Of a stretch of 64,000 nucleotides of DNA, positions 14,375 through 28,118 are shown piece after piece. A model generated the notes under the pieces. That model was not told the DNA's origin. It was given only the letters and a program-made list of their open reading frames with translations, and did no database searches. Both the position numbers and the translations under genes were made by a program. The DNA comes from Octopus vulgaris (lineage: Eukaryota), in assembly GCA_951406725.2 (NCBI GenBank), contig OX597824.1, forward strand, positions 68,324,001 to 68,388,000, read 5' to 3'. Each line of letters opens with the position of its first letter. Position 1 is the stretch's first letter.

Positions 14375-14790
14375 AGGCATGACTGTGTGCTAAGAAGCTT
14401 GCTTCCCAACTGCATGGTTCTGGGTTCAGTCCCACTGCATAACACCTTGGGCAAGTGTTTCTACTATAGTCTTGGGCTGACCAAAGCCATGTGAGTGGAT
14501 TTGATAGGTGGAAACTGAAAGAAGCCTGTCATGTATAATACTTATATGTATATACTTGTGTGTGTGTGAGTCTTTGTGTCTATGTTTGTCCCCCACCATT
14601 GCTTGACAACCTATGTTGGTGTGTTTACGTTCCCGTAACCTAGTAGTTCATCAAAGGAGACTGATAGAATAAGTACTAGGCTTAGAAACAATAAGTCCTG
14701 GTATCGATTTGTTTGACTAAAAATCTCTTTAAGACAGTACTCCAGCATGGCCGCAGTTAAATGACTGAAACAACTAAAAGAATAAAAGAA
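14375..14790 (+). mobile_element. tRNA-derived SINE family A
   Basis: Head ggcatgactgtgtgctaagaagcttgc..ggttcagtcccactgc, central accttgggcaagtgtttctactatag, internal microsatellite, 3' ctccagcatggccgcag..gactgaaac. Confidence 0.8.
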
Positions 14791-15589
14791 TATAAATGCA
14801 GATATAATTAAGGGTGCTACAGCCAATATATCGACCAGACTAGACTATTGGATGTTGTTATACATAGCTGGTCACAATGCACATCCTTGCTAGCTAGGAG
14901 GAATGGGAAACCAGTCCATCGCAGGATTACCTATTTAGAGCTGAATGGATAGGAGCTGTGTCAAAGGAAATGTTTGCTCAAGAACACAATGCACTGCATG
15001 ACTGAGAATCAAAACCATGATCTTGCAGTCATGATTGAAACACCCTAACAACTAGGCCGCTTGCCTTCATTTTATATATATATATATGTAAGTGTGTGTA
15101 TTTATGTATGTATATGTATATATATGTATGTGTGTTTCTGATTATGTCATTAGGATTTATTCTTATAGATGTTGTTTAGCCCCAAAACAGCTCTGACTAA
15201 GCAGAGCTATCATCAAAAGCACTCCAGTCATGTCTATCCTTTGTTATTCCTATGCGCAGAAATCTCAAGGTTACATTGTCTAATGTGTTCTTTTTGTAAG
15301 AGGATAACTTGTTACTTGAGAGTGGGCTTTTGGTTACTATTTTTTGAAGATTCATCAGTCATACAGAGACTCACTCATTGGCTCATGCCATAACAGCTTT
15401 GATCCTGATGTTGGTTTTGTTTTTTTGTTTTTTTATAAATTTAGCGTCAATACAGTTGGAAAATAGCAAAAAAAAAAAAAATAATCAAAAAAAGGCAATC
15501 CCATACTTGCATTAGTTGAAAAAAATAAATTTACTAAAATATACGTCACACTTAATGTAACCTTATTCTTGTGCCATTTATTATTTCAG

Positions 15590-15674
15590 CATCATGCCAA
15601 CGATGAAATCAGCTATTTCAAAGATAAGGCCACATCTTTGGAAGAAAAATACACAGAGAAAGTGAAAAATGAAA
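15590..15674 (+). CDS. TRIP11: TRIP11 internal exon (85 bp)
   Basis: ttatttcag acceptor and gtaaga donor. Encodes HHANDEISYFKDKATSLEEKYTEKVKNE. Phase 0-1, matching the phase-1 start of the next exon. Confidence 0.8.
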
Positions 15675-16037
15675 GTAAGAATATATTTCTCTTAGTCTGA
15701 AAATGTACTCAGCATATCTGAAAACTATATGAAAAGATAGAGCGGAGGAGTTCTGCATATCTAACCAAATTAAAGAACACTCTTATTTGTTTTCACACAT
15801 TTTCTTCAAATATGTTGTAGTTGTTCTGAACCCCCAGGTGGAAAACTATTCCAGCAGTGGTCACTGCTGCCCACTCTATCTTTTATATATCTAGGACTAC
15901 ACAGCCCAATAGCTACTATTTTTATTCTGTTTTTAGATATCAGGTTTATTATGGCTTGTGAGAGATTTAGTTACTATTCCATGCAGCTTGAGTGAGCCAT
16001 GTAGAACCTGTGGATGGGTGTAGTGGATAAGTGTGTT

Positions 16038-16102
<65 letters not shown>

Positions 16103-16898
16103 GCTTCTTTCCTTCTCTCCCTCTCTCAGGACTTCTGGCTTGCAAACTATAATTAAGGTTGCTAGTGAGCAGAATTTTTTTCTTTTTTTTCCTCTTACAT
16201 TGCTAAATCAAGATAAAAGTAATGTCCATGATCCTCTCCAGGGCTCCTCAGACTGGTGGGAAGGAAGGAAACAGCAAGGTATCCTCAAACTGGATTTCTG
16301 GTTTAGAGAGCAGATAATTTCTACATAATACTATCATATTAATACTATCAGATTATATGCTTTCATATAATTCCTATATAATTCTATTATGTATTCTATA
16401 TTATTCCATTATAGTATATGCAGGTACAACATCAATTTTCTTGAACCTTTTGTTCCAAAGCCTTTCTGGTGTACTGAATTTTCCAAACCAGCAGTGGTTG
16501 CCTTAGTCAACTTGCTCCAAATTAAACTAATATTAAACTTGCTTAAATAATCGTTTCTACTAAAGGCACAAGCCCTGAAACCTTGGGGTGGGGCTAGTTG
16601 ATTACATTATCATCAACCCCAGTACTCAGCTGGTACTTATTCCATCAACCCTGAAAGGATGAAAAGCAAAGTTGACCTCGGCTGAATTTGAACTCATAAG
16701 ATAAAGATGGGCAAAATTTGCTTAAATAATAAAATGACTTACAGCTACTTGTACATTAAGTGTAAATTTGTGCAGATTATGAGAGGTTCTGGACCATTGG
16801 TCTCTGGTAAATTGGTGACGTATCTATATTATCATATGATTTCCATCTAATGCTATCGTCATGTACTTTAATTTTCTTTGGTTTTTGTATTGAAACAG

Positions 16899-19800
16899 AA
16901 TCTTTGAAAGAAAAACTGAAGGAAGCCAAGCATCAATTGGCTGAGAAAGATGAACAGATAGAAAAATTAATCAGTGAAAAAGATGATGTTCAGAGTAGTC
17001 TTGAAGAACTGGATTCCCAGCACCAAGAAGCCATAAGTCAGTTAATTGATAACCGCCATGATCTTGCCAAAAAGGTGAGAGAAAAATCTGATCAAATTGA
17101 TCAATTACAAGCCGAACTGAAGCAGATCCAGTTTCAGCTGGATACTGCAAATGATACCGTTTCCAAGCAGAGATCTGATCTAGAAGAACAATCTAGAAGC
17201 CAGCATGTCTCTCATGATCAGCTGAATGAATTGTCTTCTGAGAAAGACAGACTTTCAAATCAAATAGAAGATCTGAAAGCCAAGCTAGAGAAAGCTGCCT
17301 ATGTGGTAAATGAACTACACCTGGATAAAAAGGAACTTTGCCAGAAAATGGCAGAGAAAGAAGAAGGCTTGAACAATGAAATTAGAGAATTAGCAGCACA
17401 AAACAAAGAGCTTGAACTTAAGAACTCTGAGCTTCGGGAGAAACTATCACAACCACAGGAAACTGTGGACACATCTGAAATGGAGTTCAGAAATAAATGC
17501 TTAGATAAAGAAATTCAAAATCTAAAGGAAAACGTAAAAGAGTATGCAGAATTGAATCGCATGAATGAGATGAAACTTGTAGATAATGAAGATAGATTTA
17601 CTAAATTAACTAAAGAGATTGACGAAGTCAAGAAAGATAATACTTCGCTTGTGATGAAGTGTTCAGCTCTGAGAAAAGAAAATCAGTTCCAGCTAAAAGC
17701 CACAGAAGACAAAAACTCCAAGGAGGGATTTGAAATTAACCATCTTCAACAAGGAACTGATAGTCTTAGCCAGGGTCTTGGACATGTTCTACAAGATTCA
17801 GAGAAGCCTGATGCCAGTCTGTTACTTGAGTCTATCAGCTCTACTGGAGAACTATTGGAAGACTATCTTGTAAATGTTTTGGAAAGAAATGGTGCGGAAC
17901 CTTCCGGAAAACCTGCAGAACACACTAAAGCTAAACAAGTTAAAATGTGCCTAGCATATCTGAAAGCTAGGTTAAAAGACAGACAGGAGGAGCTACACAT
18001 ATCTAACCAAAATGAAGAGCATTCCAAGATTATGATAGAGAAGTGTGAGGAAATAGAAGCTTTAAGAACTCAAGTGGTAGAGCTAAGAAAAGATCTAGTC
18101 AGCAGCATGGAAAGAATTCAAGAATTTGAGGATATATCTAACAGAAATCAGGAATTAGAAGACCAGGTAGAAAAGCTAAACAGTAAGAACCTGGAGCTAA
18201 CTAATGAAATGTCTGTTATACTCTCCAACGATTCTAAAGACTCAGCTAATAGCCACTGTGATCCAAAGACTTTAGATTTGATCACAGATTTAGAATCCGA
18301 GTTGCTTTCTTCAAAGAATAAGATTAAATCTTTAGAAAAAATGGTGTGTAAACTCCAGACATCATCAGGAGTTACTCCTGAAAAGGAACTAATGAAAGGT
18401 GTGGTTGATAAGAATTCCTTAAACAGTGAAACAAGTGACATTTTATCACTTCAAGCTAAAGTCGAGAAAGATGAGCAAGAACTCAGGTATTTCAAGAATA
18501 TTCTCCAAGATATATCAAGTATCATAGACTCGGAAAAACTACAAGGATTAAATAAAGATGTCATTGAGTACCTGAAGCAACTGAAGGCTGGAGAATTTGA
18601 AGATAGATATTCTACAGGGGGCAGTGAAGGGGATGCAGATGAAGTAGTTGAAAAAGCTGATGAAATCCGAGATCCAGAATCTCTGAAGTGTTTTTCTGAG
18701 AAGAAGATCGTAAGTGAGGAGATATCTGTTCAGAAGCAGAGTTGCACAGCAGTCGCAAATGGAAATGCACAGGTCGAAGAACTGGAGAAGCTACAACGGA
18801 TTGTTTCAGAAAAAGATAATATCATTCAAGAGTTGCAAAACAACAATGCCATGCTGTTGAAAATGATTGAGTCAAAATCCGTATCGGTGTATGGTGATAA
18901 AAGTCTTCTTGAACTTCATCAGTTATCAAATGATGTGAAGGATTTGAAATTGGAGAAGGAACAAATGATTTCTGTGATGGACGAAAAGACGAGAGAGTGC
19001 AGTTCTTTGAAAGCTGAAGTACACCGTCTGATGGCTATTGTGTCAGAGGAAAGGAATGCAATTGATCATCTACAGCTTGAGAACCAGCAGTTACTACAGT
19101 CTCAGAACAAAGTTGTTTCAAATGATGCTAGTGAGGCTGGAGGAATGCAGAAGGAAGCCCTGCAGAAACTTTCAAACATCATTCGGGACAAGGATGTTGA
19201 AATTGATGCCTTGAAGCAAAAGAACAAGACTCTGCTGACAATATTCCAAGACAGTTCACAGAGTGGTCCACAGATCAACTCACTCATACAAGATAAAGAG
19301 AACTTAAAGAAGCAGTTGGGTGTTCTTCAAGCTGAACGGGATCAGATCGTAAGCTACTTGAACCAAAAGCACCAGGAAAGTGTGGCTTATCACAATGAAA
19401 TCCAACGCTTGAATGCATATATCCAGAATGAAGCTGAAAAATATGACCAACTGAAGTGTGAACATGACCGATTAATGCCATTGTATGAAGACCGGAACCA
19501 AACACTTATCAAAACCCAGAATGAACTTGTGAATTACAAACAGAAGTATTCTGAACTAGAAGCAAAATATGAGGAACTGCTGCAAAGAAGTAATGTTAGT
19601 GAGACAGTTGATGTGATCACATACAACAACAAAGTTGAAGAGATCAGCTTCCTACAGGAACGATTGTCAAAGGTTCAAGCTGCACTGACAGAACAAGAGC
19701 AGAAAGTTCAGGGACAGTTGCATAGCAACAATGATACTGAACGCACCCTGAGAGAAATAGAACTTGAGCGAAACAACCTGAAGAAGCAGTATGATAGTTT

Positions 19801-20155
19801 AACATTCCAGTTCAGTGAGCTTCAGACAAAGCTGAACGAGCTGAAAACAGAGATAGCTTCATCTCAACGCCTCAACGAGGAGCACAACATAGAGATTTCA
19901 GCATTGAAAGAAATAAATCACAAACTGAGCTTGACCATTCAACAGAAAGAATTTGAGCTGCGGAACGTCACTGAGAAAGCCAACACTGTGACAGCAATGT
20001 TACAGAAACAGCAAGGTGAGAGAAGTGAGTTGGATTTGTTGCTAAGGGAGTCCGAATCGATTCGACAGCAAGCTGTTCAATTCCAACAAGAGAGGGACCA
20101 AGTAATTCTTTCCATGAGGAATCTTCAAACAGAGAAGGAAGAGATGACTAAAGAG
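16899..20155 (+). CDS. TRIP11: TRIP11 giant coiled-coil exon (3257 bp)
   Basis: Within ORF 16850-20311, bounded by acag acceptor and GAG|gtaata donor. Heptad-rich, with GMAP-210-like motifs EKTRECSSLKAEVHRLM, LSNIIRDKDVEIDALKQKNKTLL and QKHQESVAYHNEIQRL. Confidence 0.95.
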
Positions 20156-21270
20156 GTAATAGCTCCCTACTTATCTCTATTTCCGCCTGTCACCGTCTCC
20201 TCTTTGACCCATTCCTATTTTCCTTTATTACCCCCAAACTGTGATTCACCTTTGACCAAGGCTCCACTCATGTTCTCCATTCTCTGCATTCACCTCTGTC
20301 CTCATCTATAAACAGCTGCCACTATTGTAAACCTACCTACCCCGCCATCCTTAATTCTTTCTCCCTATTCTCTTTTTATCTGCCTTCTTGTGCCTTGAGG
20401 TTATGCCCTGACACCTCAACTCTAGCTTCTTTTCATTTTCTTCTCCTCTTGTGGGTAACCATGTATCTCCTCTACAGCAAGACACCAGTTCCTGCCCTTC
20501 TATTAACATCTAGTACAAAGCCTTATTTCTCAATATTGCATCTCCATTCTGTCAAAGGCCTTGTCTTGCATGTCACTGGTGCTGATTCTCGAGTTTTTAT
20601 CATTATCATTTTAATGACCACTTTTTCAGCCTTGTGCAGATCATATAGAACTTGCTGAAGCAGACTTTCTATGCCCAGATGCTCTTTCCTTTGCCAGTCC
20701 TCATCTGTTTCCACATAGAGCTATAATTTGCTTTGCAGTCTTTTGAACAATGAACAGCTCAATAGCTAGACTTAATTTTGTGAAAGCTTGTAAACAAATT
20801 AGACTTGTGGTACCGTTCCACCCATGCTAGCATGGAACACGGACATTAACTGATGACGATGATGGTGATCTATGAAAGTGACTTGTCAATTCAAGACCAG
20901 GGTGGAGATACTCAAACACACACCATCACGCGTACATACTTGCATTATCTGTTTCCAAAATTTCACTCACAACAATGATTCAATGCTCAGCTATAGCAGA
21001 AAACACCAGCCAATGGTGTCCATGCAGTGGAACCGAATTCCTAGCCACATGATTCTAAAGTAAACTTTTTAATTGCTCAGCTATTCATGCACCTATCATG
21101 CACATTCATACTCATACATACACAAGCATGCACATATGCATTCATATGCTTACATACTCAGGCTCACATACACATACATCCACACACACACACATACATG
21201 CTCACACACACATGCACATACGCATAGCTAGAGATAGTTGTGACCCTTGTTCCACTTTTTTCTGTTTCAG

Positions 21271-21342
21271 ATGCAGAAGTTCAGAGACAGAAATGACAAA
21301 CAAAACAGGGAACTTGAAAGACTCAAGATGCATTTGCTGCAG
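21271..21342 (+). CDS. TRIP11: TRIP11 internal exon (72 bp)
   Basis: tttcag acceptor and CAG|gtacat donor. Encodes MQKFRDRNDKQNRELERLKMHLLQ (cf. human ELERLRNHLL, from memory). Confidence 0.9.
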
Positions 21343-21539
21343 GTACATTGTGCATTGTACTCTTCACATCTAGTTCTTTGTGTGTCTGCATTTTTATTTT
21401 TGCATGCATGTGTGTTCTTTTGTTTAGCCCTGGGTCATCCCCAGTTGACTAGAGCTATGATCAGTGACATTCCAGCTGTCACCTTCTCACATTTTTTTTG
21501 CTTATATATTAATTGTTTCGTTTGTATATTTAGGACTAC

Positions 21540-21810
21540 ATTCTTTTACTATTTTACTATTTTCAGTCATTAGACTGTGGCCATGCTGGGGCACTGCCTT
21601 GAAGAATTTTAGTCCAATGAATTGATGCCAGTACTTTTATATTATTACAAGCCTGGTACTTATTCTATCGGTTTCCATTTGCCGAACTGCTAAGTTATGG
21701 GGATGTTAACACACCAACACCAGATGTTAAGTGGTGGTGAGGGTCAGACACAGACATATTGATATGAGTGTGTATGTGTGAGTGTGTGTGTGTGTACAAT
21801 GGGCTTCTTT
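21540..21810 (-). mobile_element. SINE family A, inverted 3' half
   Basis: ttcagtcattagactgtggccatgctgg...ggtacttattctatcgg...gggcttctttc is the reverse complement of the family A 3' half. Confidence 0.75.
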
Positions 21811-23163
21811 CGAGGGAGGGGAGGAGAGGGTAAGAAGAGGAGAGGGAGGGAGAGGTGGCAGTGAGTGGAGTGTGTATTATTTTTTAATAAGTTTTTTCCC
21901 TCCATTATTTACTCCATCTGTTACGCTTTCATGTGATTAGTTGAAAGGAAAGGCAAAGATCAAAAGAAAAAGGAGAGTGAAAAAGAGGGTAAGGTGAAGA
22001 GGGAGAGGGCTGTGTATTAAGTCTATAGAATTGTACATAAAGTGTGTATATAAAGTGCATTAAGTAATTATATTCCAATTTATTTCACTTTTCAATAACT
22101 AGCAGATAAAGTTTCCAGACAAAGTTTTCAGAAATAACCCAATAAGTTTACCATTAATTTCATGAAATATTCACATGGGTCCTGCTAGTTATTATCATTC
22201 ATGGTTTGAGAAGTATTTCAAGTGTTTCCTTTCTTACATCAGAAGGAATTAAATACACTTTGGAAAACGCATAAAAATGTTTAAGGCTTAGTTCTGCTGT
22301 TTTCTGTAACCTGTCTGAATGTCCCCTAATAGATATCTTTAGGAAAAAAGCATCACCAAAGTCAGATAGTTCTGCAAGTTTGTTATCCCGTCCTGGAGAA
22401 GAAAGGTTGGGGTGAGCATTTAATACAGATTTTTAGGGCCACAATAAAAAAAGATGGCATCAAGTGCAATGTAAAATCTGTAGTGTTTTCCCCACACTGC
22501 TGTTTTACTTATAGCCATTTGTTCATGAATTAAGAGAGAACCTGTTTGTGGGCCAAGCAGACAGAGGCTGTTATAGTTATATGATTTCAAGAGGAAATGG
22601 AAGAAAAGGACGTTTTCTAATTTGAAATATATTTATTCTGTATTTATTTTGTTGAGGATAAAATGATAATGAAATAGGAAGCCATCTTGTTGTCATTGTG
22701 AAATAAAAGAGGGCCCATGAGTCAGTCTAATAGACTGATTTCAAACGGAGTTTCTGTTTCGCCCCAGAACTCAACACAGAGACTGCAACAGCTGTTGTAG
22801 CAGTAGCAATAGCAGGGGAGGAAGAGAGAGGATAATATTAAAGGAAATAGTAGTAATAGCAAGGTTCATATTCATGATCCAGTTGTTTACTAAGCAAGTA
22901 CCTTTGCTTCAAAACCACTGTGTATCTTATTTGCTCTTCTCCACAATCCACACCTACAAAAAGAAAAAGGATAAAATAAGTGGAATTCTGATTCAGTTTT
23001 GAAAATTGAAACCAAACAGAACAAAACAAAATTGTCTTTGATACTTTCTAATGTATTCCAATGCTACTTTACCAATTGTAAAATATTTTCTGCTTTTTTT
23101 TCCTATCTTTTTGCTATTGTTTTTGTTTTTAAACTAATTTTCCTTCTCTGTCTCTCTCTTAAG

Positions 23164-23285
23164 ATTGAAGAAGCTTACACAAAGGAGGCTTTGGACTCTG
23201 AAGAGCGAGAGAAAAACTTGCGAAACAAACTGGCTGCTACTGAAGAGAAGGCTTACATCACGGCTGCTGCTGTGGAATCAGCTGG
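23164..23285 (+). CDS. TRIP11: TRIP11 internal exon (122 bp)
   Basis: Encodes IEEAYTKEALDSEEREKNLRNKLAATEEKAYITAAAVESA (cf. human [21 protein letters not shown]). Phase 0-2, GG|gtaatt donor. Confidence 0.92.
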
Positions 23286-23344
23286 GTAATTCTTTTCGAG
23301 CATGTTTTAGTGTCTTTTTTTTTTTCATAATTCTATCTTTATTA

Positions 23345-23580
23345 ATGTCTAACCTTTTTGATACCAACCTACCCGAGACTGCTCATAGTTTTATGATAAA
23401 AATTTCCTGTTTAAAGTGATCTAAATTTAAAACCTTCCATCAAAGTTTCTTATTAATCTATGTCCCAAACACCCAGCCTAACAATGACAAAGGTTATTTT
23501 ACTAAATTCTTCATTATTTTCAAAATCGATTAAAGCAAAGGAAGTGTATTTCAACAGAAATGTGATAACAAAAGGGTCAA
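23345..23580. mobile_element. Second piggyBac-like MITE
   Basis: Imperfect terminal inverted repeats taacctttttgatacc...gtgataacaaaagggtcaa. Confidence 0.45.
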
Positions 23581-24759
23581 TGAGAGAGAAAACGTCAAAG
23601 CTGGGAAAAGCTGAACATATATGGTTTAGCAATTGAAAGCTTAAAGTGAAATTTCCAGCTTTCCATAACTAAAAGATAACCACTGGAAACTTGGACAAAT
23701 CATCATCATCATCATCATCATCGTTTAACGTCTGTTCTCCATGCTAGCATGGGTTGGACGGTTCGACCGGGGATCTGGGAAGCCAGAAGGCTGCACCAGG
23801 CTCCAGTCTTATCTGGCAATGTTTCTACAGCTGGATGCCCTTCCTAACGCCAACCACTCCGTGAGTGTAGTGGGTGCTTTTTATGTGCCACCTGCACAGG
23901 TGCCAGGCGAGGCTGGCAACGGCCACGGTCGGACTGGTGTATTTTATGTGCCACCGGCACGGAAGCCAGTCGAGGCGGCGCTGGCCACACTTGGTGTAGT
24001 GTTTTGGAAATTATACATAATCCTAAACTTGTTGGTGTTGTTTGTGGTGTTACTGTTGCCGTGAGTGTTGCTGTTGGTGATGGTATTGTTCTCACCACGC
24101 CACCAATTTCCCAATACACCATTTTCCAAATACAGTCTGTTTTAATTTCCTTACCCCCAATTCCCCAATGCAATCTATCTTAATTGATATGTAAAAGAAT
24201 GCATATGAAATAGATAATTATTTTTACTTTTAAATAACACTATTGACTGTTTAGCATTTAAACCAGCCATATCCAGCTAAAATATTCTGTTTTATGTTCA
24301 AACTTTAAAGTTACCTGCTTGAGTCATGCCAACTCATAAGGGCTGGTTTCCTGGTTTCCATGGCATATGAATCCCTGCCTCCTGGACAGGACGCCGTCCA
24401 TTGTGGGATTACTCATTTTTGCCAGTTGAGTGGACTGGAACAATATGAAATGAACTGTTTTGCTCAAGTACATAACATATCGCCCAGTCCAGGAATTGAA
24501 ACCACAATCTTATGATCATGAGTCCAAAAACCTAACCACTAAGCCACACTACAATATCATTCTAAAAAATTAACTGTTAACTCATCAAAATCTCAGAGCT
24601 GCAAGATAATGCATGATTATTTCAAAGCAATGTGAATAAATAAACATCACTTTTGACAGAATAATGTGAATGCTAAATGGTTAAATCAGTAAAGAAAGAT
24701 ATTTCTTAGCAACTGGCAAATTCATTCCATGTTGAGAGCCACTTGTATTTCTATTACAG

Positions 24760-24923
24760 ACAACATAGTTCTGCTCAGATTGAAAACTTGAATCACCAGC
24801 TGCATGCACTGGCCTCCCAACGTGACAATGCCTATCTCCAGTTAAGCACTTACCAAGAACAGTGTAAACAGTATGCTACCTCGCTCATGAACCTACAGAT
24901 GGTGCTAGAACAGTTCCAGGCAG
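24760..24923 (+). CDS. TRIP11: TRIP11 internal exon (164 bp)
   Basis: Encodes [54 protein letters not shown] (cf. human [22 protein letters not shown]). Phase 2-1, G|gtaagt donor. Confidence 0.93.
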
Positions 24924-24994
24924 GTAAGTAAATTTAAATGGTGGGGCAAAACTGGAATTCATCATCATCATCATTATCATCATCATCATCATCA

Positions 24995-26083
24995 TATCTC
25001 TGTTTTTCCTTGATGATTGCATTTTCATCTTGGGGAAGAGATGGAAGTCGGCAGGTGCTAAATCTAACAAATAGGGTGGGTGCAAAAGCGATACCATTTT
25101 GTTTTCGGCAAGAAACTCACACGTGAGGAGGGCTCAGTGACAGGGTGCATTGTTGTCGTGGAAAATTCAGTTCGTGCTCCACCGATCGGGTTGCTTTTGA
25201 TCGTCCTCCCTCAAACACCTCAAAACGTCATTGATTGCCCTTCGACAATCTTCGTGCACAAGCTGAGGAATTTTCTCCACATTTCTGGGGAAGTCGTTCA
25301 TAGCAGGTCTTCAAGATCATTCATTTTCTTCCAGGGACGTTCTTCTGCTTTTGAAGCACCTGTGGCACTCAAAACATTGCATACAATCCATTACCTCATT
25401 GTCATAAGCTTGCTGAAGCATGCTCAATATCTGTAACAAAGCTTCCGAGTTTAACACAAAATTTCATGTTGACTCTTTGTTTCCACTTCCTGTCCATGAC
25501 AAAAATCACAGAGTACAGCACACACGTGATTGCAAATTTCACCACTTGTGTTGTAAACACAGTGATGTCACTAGGCACACTGCCTCGTGAAGGTCACTGC
25601 TAGCTCTCACTGCACATACAACCATATGCTGCCACCTGTTGGTGTGCTACAGAACTAGTTTGGGAACTCTTTGATACTGGATGGAAGCACTCTGTCGGTT
25701 ACGACGACGAGGGTTCCGGTTGATCCGAATCAACAGAACAGCCTGCTCGTGAAATTAACGTGTAAGTGGCTGAGCACTCCACAGACACGTGTACCCTTAA
25801 CGTAGTTCTCGAGGATATTCAGCGTGACACAGAGAGTGACAAGGCTGGCCCTTTGAAATACAGGTACAACAGAAACAGGAAGTAAGAGTGAGAGAAAGTT
25901 GTGGTGAAAGAGTACAGCAGGGATCACCACCATCCCCTGCCGGAGCCTCGTGGAGCTTTAGGTGTTTTCGCTCAATAAACACTCACAACGCCCGGTCTGG
26001 GAATCGAAACCGCGATCCTATGACCGCAAGTCCGCTGCCCTAACCACTGGGCCATTGCGCCTCCTCTTTGATACTACCTAGTA
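24995..26083 (-). mobile_element. Degenerate mariner with a SINE nested in its terminal repeat
   Basis: Minus-strand LLHPPYLLDLAPADFHLFPKMK (YSPDLAP motif) and LEDERPWKKM-like HTH region. Terminal sequence ggaactctttgatact|acctagta is split by the SINE at 25679-26064. Confidence 0.75.
25679..26064 (-). mobile_element. Young tRNA-derived SINE (family C) with 11-bp target-site duplication
   Basis: Minus-strand head GGAGGCGCAATGGCCCAGTGGTTAGGG (A box) and GGTTTCGATTCC (B box). TSD tctttgatact at 25668-25678 and 26065-26075; CpGs retained. Confidence 0.9.
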
Positions 26084-26152
26084 ATTATAAAAGTAATAAC
26101 TATTATTGTAATTATAGAATTCTGATTTCTTTCTTTTTTGTTTTTTTTGTAG

Positions 26153-26256
26153 AGCGAGAGAGTCAGATGACAGCTGAGAAGCAGAAGAATGAAGTAGAGC
26201 AGAATCACTTAAGGGCATTAATTGAAAATCTTCAGTCCAGTCTCCAAGACACTCAG
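26153..26256 (+). CDS. TRIP11: TRIP11 internal exon (104 bp)
   Basis: Poly-T plus tag acceptor, CAG|gtaaag donor. Encodes (E)RESQMTAEKQKNEVEQNHLRALIENLQSSLQDTQ, phase 1-0. Confidence 0.88.
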
Positions 26257-26547
26257 GTAAAGGACAGATAAATACAGTGGTTTTACCATAGTTTTTAATC
26301 TTTTTGCTGTTGTTGTTTGTATTTATGTGTGAATTTACTAATTTCATTCATTGGACTGCAGGCATCATGGCATACCTTTCTCAAGAATATTTTATCAACC
26401 CCAGTATTTATTTCAGGCTGGTACTTATTGTATTGCTTTTTATTTTGGCTAAATTAGCTCTTAACATGAAGGGATGCATCTCAAAACACTAGTTTATATC
26501 AGTAAACAATATATATATTTGCATGATTGTGTATATATCTGTATGTA

Positions 26548-26582
<35 letters not shown>

Positions 26583-28118
26583 CTTTGAGAGACTTAGAAA
26601 TAATATTTCTATTTTATTAGATCAGTGACTGTGTGTCACTTTGAAAACTATATATTTGAACGGTGAATTCAGCAACACCACCTAGCCAAGCAGCCACACT
26701 ATGTTGATAATGGGCAATAACCCATAAACCAATCCACAGATGTTGTTTTGCGCTAGATGGAAGTACTGTTCTCCCTATTCCTGTCTTATAGGCAGAATCA
26801 GCATACTTGGAGTATGAAGCAAACAACTCTTCTATATTAACATGTTTTTCAGTCATTTTCTGATGAACAACGCTGCAGTTTCCGTCTACCAAATTCAGTC
26901 AGAAGTCTGTCATTGACCTAGGGCTATAGTAGAAAACACTTGTCCAAGGTACCATGCAGAGGGACTGAATGTGGAAGATGTGTTTGGGAAGCAAACTTCT
27001 CAACCACACAGTCATTCTTGCACTGAATGTGTATGTGTGTGTGTGTTTACATTTGTTGTTAAATCAAGCATTGTGTCCCATTATGTCTCAAAGTTAGCAG
27101 TTCATCAAGTAGAAATCTATAAAATAAATGCCAGATTGAAGCATGTACTGAGGTCAGTATGATCAATTAAATTTTTGTAGGTGATACCCCATGGTGACAG
27201 TCGAAAGACTAAACCTAGTAAAATAATGTTTAAAGACTTAATGGCTTCAAAGTTAAGGTAATGGATTACTAACCACAAAATAATGAGTTCCAAATTTCGT
27301 ATTGAACTTCCACTCTATACGATAACACTATATGTATATCTCACTCTACTTGACTTCCAATAATTAACAATCATAATTTGAAGTTGAATGGTTAGCAGTA
27401 AGAAAGAGGTCTAGATTTTTAAAAAAATTATTGGGCAAAATATTCTGAGAAAGAGTGATTTTTTTTCACCACAACAAAACACACACACACACACACGCAC
27501 ACACAGAGAGGCATGTCTGTAGTAACTTCAACTACTACAAATAGCTGTCAAATCTCTCTTAAAACACACCCTTTTGTTGAAAGAAAGACACAGATGTACT
27601 GTATTTCAAGAAGGAAAAATAAAACTATGTGATAGGTCTACTACATCAGAGGCAACTCTGGGCTAAACAAAACACAGATAAGCATACTTCACTTTAAAAG
27701 ATTATCTACTAAATAATACCAATAAAGTTGACTGTATATCTTCGAAGTTCCATTCCCTGGTAAAACGATCTGAAATGAAGGTAATCAGTACAGGGCTGGT
27801 AAGCTGAAGGACTGCAGACCCCAGTCTGATTTGGCGTGGTTTCTATGGCTGGATACCCTTCCTAACACCAACCACTCCAAGAGTATAATGGCTACTTTTA
27901 TGTGTTACTGACATGGGTGCCATTTGCATGACACCACTACTACAATTTCATGACCTATAAAAGAAAACAAAAAAAAACCCAAAAGACCCCCCACACACAC
28001 ACACACACATTCAAGCCAGTGATCATAGTCCTATGAGAGAAACTAGTAAATAAGTTCAAATATAAATCATTTATCTTTCTTTTTTCTTTCAAAATTTCAT
28101 GTGAAATATCATTCATAG

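Noticed and set aside
18148-19505. Antisense ORFs within the giant exon
   Set aside because: Short shadow ORFs of the coding strand.
25985-26064. tRNA genes at SINE heads
   Set aside because: The A/B boxes continue into SINE bodies present in many copies; no complete cloverleaf with a terminator.
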